Shown: positions 40,701 through 50,550 of the stretch, one piece after another
Numbering within the stretch: position 1 is the first letter of the stretch
How the letters are laid out: each line of letters begins with the position of its first letter
From: Raillietiella orientalis
Taxonomy: Eukaryota
Length of the DNA: 64,000 nt
Assembly: GCA_036172245.1 (NCBI GenBank)
Contig: JAYWIR010000025.1
Coordinates: forward strand, 1,612,001 to 1,676,000
Direction: 5' to 3'
Translations under genes and position numbers: made by a program
Notes under the pieces: generated by a model
Told to the model about the DNA's origin: nothing
Databases searched by the model: none
The model's input: the letters and a program-made list of their open reading frames with translations, nothing else

Positions 40701-43700
40701 GGGAAGTGGCCGCTAGCGGGAAGCAACGGCAGCGTCGGAAGAAGAGTCGAGTCGGAGCGCGATCCCCCCCCCCCCTCCCACCCTCCCTTTCCTCTGAGTG
40801 TGAGCGAGAATCGAGGTCGCCACCGGTTGCCAGGCAACCTGGTTTCCTTCCGAAAAGGAAGACGCGCCGCCACCGCTGCAAGCCTTTCACTGCTGCCGCT
40901 GATGGGGACGAACCAAAAGTGAAAGCGCACCGCCGTCGCTGCCTCCGCCGCCGCCGCTTGGCTGGGGGGGGAGGGGAAGGAGGGGGGGGCGGCAAACCGA
41001 TCTGCGGCAACGGCGCCCTCTCTTCGTCTTCCCACGGGCAGCGGCGGGGCAACCCGCTGCTGCTTCTGCTGCTGCTGCTGCCGAGGAGGAGAGGGGATTT
41101 TCGCGGTCTCCCGACTTCGGGATACGCGGCCCTCCCCCAGTAACGGCCTCCGAGAGGAACCTTCCGGAGGGAGGGAAGAAGGGGGGAGAAGCGCCGTGGC
41201 GACGGAGGAAGGAGAGGAGGATGAGCACCGCTCCGCTCCGCCACCACCTACCCCCCTTCCTCCCCCTTCCTTCGCGCGCCGATCTCTCTGTTTTTCTCCT
41301 GGGAGGCTTGGTCGCCGAGTGGTCCCGGGAAGCCATGGAAACTGTTTCGTCTCTTCGTCCATCGCGCCCATCTTCCGAAGAGGAAACGGGAGATCGCTTT
41401 GCGCGGAGGAGGAGGGAGGCTCCGAAAAAAACAAAAAGAAACGACCCCTGGTCATTTGAGAACAGACCAAAGGGAAGGATCACTTCTCCCACCCCTCCCT
41501 TCCCCCCCTTGAAAAGAGGAAGCCCCTCCCTATTTGCATCCCGTCGTCCGGTCCAGAGGAGGAAGTGGGGGATGGCGCCTTGGAGTAGGCCCGTCAGAGG
41601 TCACGGAGGTATCCAGCTGGAGCACTCTCGCCGATCGGAAGAGAAAGGGGGGAGGGAGAACAGTCTTCTCCTCCCTCTTCCCTTTTCTTTCTTTCTTTTT
41701 TGCGATTCCTGGAACCGCGCTGCAGCTGGGGCGGCAATGGGGGAAACCCGGGGCAGGGGCGGGACGCTCCGCACTCGTGCACGGGAGGGGGAGGAGGTCC
41801 ACTCGCGGGTCGCCTCGAACCCTCCGATCCCGCTGCCATCCCAGAGGGGCGGGGGGGGGGGGAAGCGAGGCTTGAAGGCTCCCCGGGACGAAAGACCGAG
41901 ACCTACACAAGGGTCTCGAGGTGGAGGCGCCCCTGCTACCAGAGGATGCGACCCCGAGCTGGCCAGGTTTTTTCTCCACCTCCTCCCTCCCCACCAGGTG
42001 TTTCCAGGACGCCAGTGGGCGAGATCGACACCCCTCTAGTGGTCCTCTGCGCCGCCCGACCCCGGGTCCTCTCCATTCCCTTTCACCGCCGAGCTCCGCA
42101 TCCAGAAGGGTCCCGCCCTTTCAGGAGGTGGCAGCGCAACGACCGGGTCAACCGCCTCCTCCCCCTGCTCTTCTTAGCCTCGAGTGCGGTCACCTCAAAA
42201 GTTCGTCGCTGCATCTTTTTCCATCCACATTGCGTACCCTTGGTGATGGAAGCTGCCCAGAGTTCCTCCCGAGGTTGGCCTTAAGGTGGCTCTCTCCAAA
42301 ACGACGCCCCCAGGAGCAGTTGCCCATCGATGCACCCCTGACGACCGACTCTCCCAGCGATTCCCTCCCACCCCTCTTCAGTCTTCCTCTTCGGCCGCTT
42401 GGGACGACGGGGACGTGGGATTCCCGATAGTCCGATACAGTGGAGAATGACCCTTCTCCCCGACCTTCATCCCCTTTCCCGCGCATTCGAGCGCGGCTGC
42501 CATCGAAATCCCTGATTTTCCTCTCATTTCAGAGATTCTCGACCTTCACTATGGTGACGATAAGTTTGTTCACCGGAGCGGTCATCTTAGGCAAGTATCT
42601 CGCGCGCTGGAGGCGGATGCTTGCCGGTGCACACGTCCCCTTTCCGCCCGCGCGCTCAGAGCGGCGTCCTCCCCCTCCGCGAGGAGGTGCCACGGGGCAC
42701 GGCGGTCACGCGAGCAGCGCCTCGTAGCCCGGCGACGCGGCGGCGCTCCCGAGCTCGCGTCGGATGCCACGCTTCCGCTTTGGTTGCTGCTGACGCCACT
42801 CCCCGAGCGATCTCCCTCTTTCCTCAGTGACACCCCTGCGTCTCCTCCTATCCCCGTGGCCTTGGTAACTCCGTCCCTCTTTTTTTTTTGTGTGTCTTCT
42901 TTTTCTTTTTCGAGACGAAAAAAAAGAAACAGCACGGTGCTTTCCTCGGCCGCGTGACAATGCGGGGAGGTCATCGGCGAAACTGCCCGGTTGCGCTGAG
43001 TGCTGGGGGCATTGACAGCAGCATTTCCATTCACAAGGGCGGCAACATACTGCGCACCTCCGGTGCCGGCCCGTCCGTGCACGCACGCCGGACGCGGGAC
43101 GCTGCCGAGCCCGGGGAGTAGGACCGGCCGTCCCTCGCGAAACCAGCCCCCCTCCTCAGGGATCGCCGCCGCTCCCTGAAGCGCGCTCGGCCTCCGTCCT
43201 CTTGTTCCCTCTTCGCGGATGCCCCCTGCGGCGCTCGTTCGAGGGAGCAGCAGGGCAATTGGGAGTCACGGTCTTCCTCCTCCGCTCGCCAGCCTCGTGC
43301 TCCCGGCCGCCCCTTCTAGAGGTCTCAAGAAGATCCCGCGTTTCCTCTCCCAATTCCTCCCTGACCTCCTCGGGTGGCCCTCCGATTCCACCCGCGTGCG
43401 CCGGGGCGTTTATTCTTTCGAATAAAACATTTGGAGAATCTGTGAAGGCTCTTCGGTCGACAGAAGAGCCTTCTAGATACGCCTCCAGGGATCCTGGATT
43501 GATGGACTCAGGAGCCGCGAGCGGACCCGAGACCCGCTGATGAGCATCCCTCCGCTTCCTCCTCTCTTCCTTGCTAAGGAAGGGGGGAGGGGGAGGCCTT
43601 TCCCTTCTCCATTCCCCAGGCACCTCTACGGAACCCGGTACAGATGGCCTGCTCACTGGCTGCCCTCCCCGAGATTCTTCTGACCTTCGAGACCGCGCCC

Positions 43701-46700
43701 AGCGAGAAAAACGAAATTCTTCTGACCGGAAACCGGAATCCTTCGAGTTCTTTTTTTTTTGGCTTTGTTTTGTGCTGCTGCCTTGACCTCTGGGAAGGGA
43801 CGCAGCATCCGCCTGTGACCATGCAGAGCGCGTACTTTCGCTGCGCTTTGCGTCTTCTTTAAAGAAAAAGAGGGGAGGAGGAGCAAAAGCACAAAAAGAC
43901 TCCACCTGAAAGGGAAGGAGTCCCCGGGCTGTGCTTCCGTTGGCGCAGACAGGTGGGCGCGATCTTGCAGCAATGCTGCCCCATTGTTCGCCACGGCAAC
44001 CTCAGACCCAACCCCCCGCACCCTCCCCACCCACACCGCGATCCGCCGCTGCTGCCGTCGTCACGGTGACAGTCGCTCCTGGCCAGGCAGCGCGATTCTC
44101 CTCGGCAACAGAGATTTCGTCCCCCGACGTTTCGGACCCTGGTCATGAAGGCTCCCTCAGCGAGGTTCCTCCGGGGTGACCGCAGCAGAGGGTGGTCAGA
44201 GCTCCATCCTTTTTTTTTTTCTTGTTCCACCCCGTCCGTGAATCTTCGAATGACTGAGCGAAAGACAAGCAGCAAGGCTCACTGCGCGACCGCTCGCCTC
44301 TTCTTTCTTGACGCTCGCAGAGGTCGGGGGTTGAGCCCTGAACCCACCGAGGACTCTACAGAAGTGAAAACGGGGAGAGAGGGGGCCCCGTGCCATGATG
44401 TCAGGCAGCCTGATACGTGCCGTTCCCTTTGCGCCATCCCCGAGCCCCTACCTGCGACGCCATGGAGGTCTTCGCTACAGTTTGCCTCAGGCGCCGCCAG
44501 ATCAGAGATCCCTTCTTCCCGGGCGGAACCCGGTTTTGCAGTTTCAAGGACGCTGCGGAAGAGGCTTGACCTCTGCACCTCCCTCCGCTTCCTTCCCCCT
44601 CACGTGCCCTTCCGAGAGCTGAGGGGATGGCGGTCCCTAAAGCTCGGCAGCTGCGAACAGCACTCACGGTCAGCCCGAAGACGCCCCCCTTTCTTCCCAC
44701 GGGCTCGCGAGAGCGAAAGGCCTTCCCCTCTCATCCTTCCCGGTGCGCAGAGTTCCGAAGCGAGCGAGAGACACATCTCCGCCCGCTTCCCGGAACGACG
44801 GGTTTCAATTTCACCCTGAGGTTGTTTATCTTCCTGCCTGTGTCCGATCTCCATAAATAAATGCCCATCTCCATAAAATAGCTTGCCTTTCCAGGGGTGG
44901 GTGGTCAAAGCTACCCCCAGGCGAAACGAACGAGCGCGAGCCGCCGGTTCCTTGCCACTCGATCTATCTTCACGGTATCCGCCACCACCCCCTTGGGGTC
45001 ATCGCCGTCTCCCAAGAGCTAGAGAAACGAAAGGAGGCTGCCCGGCTTTCTTTTTGCGCGTGTGTGTGTTCTTTTTCCTTGTTGACTTTTCCGCCATGCT
45101 CTGTGCGCCCGGGAATCCCCTCAGGCGCGCGGAACCTCGCGCGACCTCCCTCTATTTGTCTGGAACGGCGTGGAACGTTGGTGAACTCACATCTTCTCGT
45201 TCGGGCTCTTCTCTCTCCCTCTCCTTCTCTCTGTCTTTCCCCACGTCCTTCCGCCCCCTCACCACCCGCCCGTAAATCGCGCGCCGATCGTCTCTTTCTT
45301 CAGCCAGAGCGCATGCGCGAAATTTTTCGCGTTCTTGTGGACCTACCTTTCCTTTCCTTTCCTTCTGCATCCCGTCCAAAGTTCCGGTTTGTTATTCGCG
45401 GCTGCCGCTTCTCTTCGAAGACTTCGTCCTTTATATCTTTTCTTTTTTTTTCTTCCCCTGCCGTTCGGATTCCTGGAAGGAAACTTACGGCGTCAGCAGC
45501 GGATTGTTGGGGTGCGTGAAAAACGCGTGGGTGCTTCCGTCTGGCAGCCCACGACACTCTCTGTTGTCAAGGAAGGCTCGAAACGCCGTTGGGAGGACGC
45601 ATGAGCATTCGTCCCGGGACGGAAACTCTCGGGTGCACCTCCGGAGTCGGCGGTGGCATCTGCCGGGAGCGCTTCCTTCGTCCCTTCGCATCCCTCTTCC
45701 TTTCGAGTACCAGCGCCATCTTCCCCATCCCACCAGACGTGAAGGTGCCCTAACACCTCTGCCTCTGCGATTCTCCTGCCCCCATCTCCCCTGACTGCAC
45801 GCGGAGGCAAAGGGACCGTTCCCTTCCTCTATCCTTTCCGCGAAGGGAGCACCGAGCTCTGCTGCCCCGCCCCTTCGCCTCCGTCTTGCCCCCGAGGTCT
45901 CTCGCATCAAATGAGGAAGGAAGAAGCGAGGGTCTGGGACGTGGGCAGTCAGACACCGCGGCGTTCCTTCTTTGCGAACGGGGGATCCAACTGCTCCTGT
46001 GTGACGGCCTTCCAGGGTGCAACTTCTCCAGCTCGTGGTCCATAGCAACCGTGCAAATCACGTCGGCATACAGGTCCTTCTCGTCAGAGCGCGTCACCGC
46101 CTTCCTGGGCATCTACGTGGCCTTCAACAGCGTCAACATCACGCTAAGAGGTGAGCATCCGGCAATAACCAGAAAAGACGGAAGAAACGTGCTCTGCAAA
46201 AGTCTCACGGTAGTCGATGTTAGGGGTGCCGGACCGCAACGGGAGCAACGAGATCGACTTCAACGAGCGCTTCCGCTGGGACCACCCGATGCAGCTCAAG
46301 AAGGAATACCGCGAGGCCCTCGTCAAGGGTCTACCCTTCCCTCTGCTGACCGTGCTGGAGTACTTTTCCATGGACCAGGCCGGGCTGTCGTGGGGAAAAC
46401 AGTACAGGCAGGCCGGGTACTACGGCAAGATCAGCCTCTGGTATGCGCGCGCGCCTCGTGGTGGCCGTCCCTCATGCCGTTCCTTGCGTTCCAGGTCCTC
46501 CTTCGCCCTGTGGTTCTGGATGTGGATCCTGTTCTGCGTGGTCCCGAGATACGGCGCCTACGCGATGTCCCTGACGGGGTCGCTCATGATCACCACGAAC
46601 TTGATTTACTATCTCAATGTCCCCTCTCCGCCCCTGGTCATTCCTTTCGAACGAGTTTCCCTCGTCATCGGGCTCGGACCGAGCTTCTGGCTCGTTCTGA

Positions 46701-48662
46701 TCACTGGTAATCTCCCTGCGTCTGGAGGATCTTGCCCGAGGACCGCATGGTCATCCCCCGCCGCCGCACCGTGCTCCCTCCTCGGTCTTGGACGAAAAGA
46801 GAGCGCTCTTGGCATCTGACGCGACCCCCCGAAGCGTAGAGGAACGGGGATTTGCCCCTACTCTTTCTTTGCCTTGTTTTTTGTTTTTGGGTGTGCATCG
46901 CATCACCCCTGGCGCGGGAGAGGAAGCACAGAGCCGAATCCCGCGCAAGTAGAAAGCGCAGAGGGCAAAAGTCTCCCCATTTCACCCCCTTTTGTCCGCG
47001 TTGCCACGTTAAGTTCCTGACCTCCGCCGCGGGTCACATCTTGTGTGCCCTGCTGTCTCCCATCGGTTGGAATCTTTCCCGAAGAGCCTCCCCTCCTCCT
47101 CCTGGGTGATGTGCCGGAACGGGAAGTCGTGCGCGACGCAGCCAGAACCCCTCCCCGTCCCTTCCTTCCCCTACGGAAGGAGTCGGTGTCCCCCTTCGTG
47201 TTATCACCCTGAAAGACCGAGGAGCAGCTGCGGCGAGGAACGAAGGTCCTCCCTCCCTTTCCGCAGTAGGGGCGATCTTGGAAGATGTGTGGTGCGACCT
47301 CGGTGGCAGCAGGTCACGCTTGCGGGTTTCCTCGTTTGCAATGCAGGGGCCACGGAAGGAAAGGGGAGGAAGGAAGAAAACTCGACGGTCTCCTCTTCCT
47401 CTTGGGGGAAGACAGCTGGGAACCCAAGACCTGCTTGCCTCGGGATCATCCACTTATACACTTTCCTCCCGCCCTGGGAGCAGAAGTCTGCGCATGAACG
47501 TTCTCAGCGTCTGGGGTCTGCCGAAGAGCCGTAACTGGCAAGGAAAGTGGAAGAAAAAATCCCCTATAACAGGGAGGGAACTTCCGTGATCCTTTCGAGT
47601 CCTTCTTGCTGTCCTTTCGAGCGTAATGGCGATCTGGCGATCCATGCCCTCACGCACCCCTGGGGCGTCTCTCTCGTGCATGTGCTTCGAGCTTTTCGGC
47701 AGTGGCGGCGACGACGACCTCAGGGCAGCAGCAGCGGATCTGCACCGCTTGGCTTCCCCTCAGCTCGCGACGCTTCGCTTCGCCGCAGCAGCGCTCGTCG
47801 CGGGCGGTGCAGAGTCACGGCTCGCGCGGAGCTGCGACGCCTGACCTCGGTCGAGGTCGCCAGCTCAAGTTCGCTCGGGAGCACGGTGGCGGCGTAGTTT
47901 CCTCGGCTTTACCACCGCCGCGCTGGCCTCCCTTCCTCCCTGCGCGATCTGAGGGGCAGCCCCAGGAGCAGACAGCAGCGCTGCGACAGCCACGATAATT
48001 CGCGGGGGAAGGGGGACTGGAGAAAGGGGAAGACCACGCGGGCCGCAAACAGAGCGACGGGTGCGCCGTCCCCAGCCTGTAGAAAAGATCCATTGAATCA
48101 CGCATGCCTCCACTCCCATCCATTGTAAAGCAGTGTTCTCTTTTCTCTCCTCTCAAGGATGCGTTGCGATGACAACTGGAATTTCCATATGCATACTAGA
48201 TTGGACTCACCCAAACAAATTCTCTCACATTCTAGAGATCGATTACGGTACACCTTACGATCGTCACACGATCATCAAGGAAAGCGACTTCACAAGAAGC
48301 AAAAAGGAACGTAGCAACCGCCTGATGCTGAGCGGTCTCAGGTGAGCGGCTCTCCCGGTCGCGGCAGGAGTGCATGCTGCTTCGCCAGGAAACCGTCGTC
48401 CACGAAGAGCGTGGACTCGAAGTACGTCGCGGACCCGACTGCCACCGCGGCGCCGCGGGCGACGCCGCCTTCCCACCCGAGGGGCGGTGGTGGCTACTAC
48501 AACGAGACGTTCGAGATGGATGTGCCGCGCACCCCCTGGAAGCACTCCCGCGTGATGCACTACCTAGAATCAGGGTCGACGACCAATCTGCAGAGGAAGC
48601 TGGTCAGCTTCCAGGACGGAGGCTCGGAAGCCGCGGGCGGAATCGGCGAGCGCAACAGGTAA
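37590..48662 (+). CDS. DUOXA1: Dual oxidase maturation factor (DUOXA family; orthologue of Drosophila moladietz/NIP). Model: join(37590..37754,42533..42590,46016..46150,46224..46440,46495..46706,48158..48341,48368..48662), 421 aa
   Basis: The spliced translation follows the arthropod DUOXA sequence as I recall it: MKGWFDAFRESGGPTFY...FLIIFPGVRKE/RFSTFTMVTISLFTGAVIL/...AYRSFS..VNITL/..IDFNERFRW..ALVKGLPFPLLTVLEYFS..WGKQYRQAGYY/..VPRYGAY../..FSHILEIDYGTPYDRHTII/..NETFEMDVPRTPW. All six junctions are phase-compatible (0,1,1,2,1,2). An in-frame TGA at 37581 precedes the ATG. The 3' end is uncertain because the stop overlaps a possible donor (AG|GTAAAA). Confidence 0.95.
38304..38353. repeat. 19-bp tandem repeat x ~2.5 in DUOXA intron 1
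   Basis: gcggacgtcttaccggccc occurs twice, followed by a degenerate third copy. Confidence 0.85.
42533..42590 (+). CDS. DUOXA1: DUOXA coding exon 2 (GC donor)
   Basis: Acceptor ttttcctctcatttcag, translation RFSTFTMVTISLFTGAVIL, donor TAG|gcaagt. Confidence 0.9.
46016..46150 (+). CDS. DUOXA1: DUOXA coding exon 3
   Basis: Acceptor ccttccag, translation GCNFSSSWSIA..AYRSFS..VNITLR, donor GAG|gtgagc. Confidence 0.92.
46224..46440 (+). CDS. DUOXA1: DUOXA coding exon 4
   Basis: Follows a 73-nt intron. Translation IDFNERF..GLPFPLLTVLEYF..QYRQAGYY, donor TG|gtatgc. Confidence 0.93.
46495..46706 (+). CDS. DUOXA1: DUOXA coding exon 5
   Basis: Acceptor ttccttgcgttccag, hydrophobic segments with VPRYGAY, donor CTG|gtaatc. 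Confidence 0.93.
48158..48341 (+). CDS. DUOXA1: DUOXA coding exon 6
   Basis: Long pyrimidine tract ending aag, translation GCVAMTTG..DYGTPYDRHTII, donor CAG|gtgagc. Confidence 0.92.
48368..48662 (+). CDS. DUOXA1: DUOXA coding exon 7 (cytoplasmic tail)
   Basis: GYYNETFEMDVPRTPW resembles the arthropod DUOXA tail motif (NxxFEMxxPxxPW, from memory). It is reached in frame only by removing 48342..48367. Confidence 0.7.
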
Positions 48663-48932
48663 AAGCAGCAGCAGGCAGGGAGAGAGGAAAGAGGAGGGAG
48701 AGGAGGGCGTTTCAGTCTTCTCCTTTTTCTCCTCGACGCACGCATGCTCCCCTCCGAGGGAGGAGAGTGAGGGGGGGAGAGGAAACGCTCTGCGCTCACG
48801 CGAAAAGGGAGAGGTGGCCCTTGAGGAGAGAAGGGCAACGGAGGAGGGAGGAATGGACCAATAGATTGCATTTTTAATTCGCGTTTCCTTCCGCCTTCCT
48901 TCCCCCTTTCTCTTCCCCCTCCCTTCCCTGCA

Positions 48933-48986
48933 CTCCTTTCACGGCAACTGTCGTGAAAGGAGCTGAAAGGTGGTTGCCGTGAAAGG
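48933..48986. repeat. Nested inverted repeat (one left arm, two right arms)
   Basis: cctttcacggcaac (48935-48) is the perfect reverse complement of gttgccgtgaaagg (48973-86). ctcctttcacggca also pairs with tgtcgtgaaaggag (48949-62) with one G-U. Confidence 0.85.
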
Positions 48987-50407
48987 TGGAGATGTGCGCT
49001 CCCTTTCCGCTCAGCTTCCCTGGCCCTCTCGTTCCTGCTGTGAGGAACTTTGAGCGGTTCTCCTGCTCCTTCCCTTTTCCACTCTCGCCCGGCGGGGCGC
49101 CGGGCGTTCCCTGGGAGCCGCTTCGGACCCTGAGCTCCGGACTCGTGAAGGAATAGGTCGAGGTGGGACTCGAGCAAGACGATGATGCAGCCGTCCCTCT
49201 CCACTTCCAGCGTCTTCAGATCGAAGTGAAGCACCCGGAAGCAGGGGTGATCTCTACCCCTACTTCCGGGAGCAGCGGAGGCGAGGCACGTCTCCCCGGA
49301 ACCATCCGCTGCGATCTCTTCCGCCTCCTCTTTACTGTTCCTCCTTTCCCTCCCTTGCTCTTCCTCTTCCTCCCCCACCCCTCGTCGGACCACCCCGTAC
49401 GACCGGGCTCATTTTGCACCTTCTATCGAGGCACCCCACAGGAGGACTCCTTCAAGAGGTCTCGGTCGACTTCCCTGGTGTCCCTCACCTGCCACGAGCT
49501 CGCGTCCAGGAGAGCGCACCCCTGGTCAACTGACTTTCAGAGACACGAACCTCCTTGTCGCCGCCGACGCTTTCTCGACCTTGAAGCAGGAAATTCCACG
49601 ACCTCGTCCTTCGAGTCCTTCAAACCCCCCCTTTGCGAAGCGCGTCATTCTCCCACCCCGGCAGGAAACGAGTCCGTGTGCATCCTTTGCCCTAGGGTGC
49701 CATCCTGCGAGGTGGCGCGCATGTTCCCAGCGGGAATCCTCCCATCGTCTGCGAGGGCTGTGAGGGAGGAGCAGGAAGTGAGGCGGCATCCGCAAAAGTC
49801 GGCTCTTTTTTTTTCTCTCTGTTTTGTGCTCCCCCAGAATATGGGCCCTCGAAAAGAGCGGCCCCGCGCCGGCGCCAATGTGTGGCGCCGGCCACCCGGT
49901 CATTTCCCCTCGTCCCTCAGACACAGTGAAATGCGGAAAAAGCGAGGAACCCCCCCGCGGGCGAACCTGGAAGGCTGGTCTTCGGGTTCTCCCGAGCGCT
50001 TTCTCCTCGACGGTTGGTAACTGGGCGGCACTCCGCGAGGCGGCAGTCGCGTGCTCAGGGAATAGGATCGCGAAACTTCTCAGGAGACAGACGAGGCTGG
50101 CCGCACCCAGGAACGAACGAAACCTCAGTCGGAAGACGAGTCCAGAGGAACCAGGAGACTTTCCCAGCGTCCAGAGGGAGAGCTGCCGCAACCGGGAGGG
50201 ACTGTCATTGGTCTCGGGGAAAGTGCACGCGCGCGGCAGATTTCACGGGGATGCGGAATTGGCGAGGTGCAGCAGCGCTGATCACGTGAAACGAACGCAG
50301 TTGCAGGCCGAGAGGGAGGCCGTCTCCAAGGCGAAGAACCTCTTCTCGCCTCGTTCCCGTGAGCCGCGCGGTCGCCTGAGCTGGAGGTGCGCCGCGCATC
50401 GGCAGTG

Positions 50408-50550
50408 CCATTGTTTACGCCTTCGCAGGGAACACACGGAAGAGGCAGGGACGCGAAAACAAGTAGCCGAGCAACTGCGCACCGCGTTGCCGGGGAACCC
50501 GAAGGCTGCGGCAGAGAGGCTCCGGCGCTTTCCGACCGGAGAGATGGAGG
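50408..50550 (+). repeat. 143-bp direct duplication, copy 1
   Basis: ccattgtttacgccttcgcaggg...gagatggagg differs from 55412..55554 by 7 substitutions. Confidence 0.95.

Noticed and set aside
38000..45900. Numerous ORFs inside DUOXA introns 1-2
   Set aside because: They are translations of purine/pyrimidine tracts with no nested-gene evidence.
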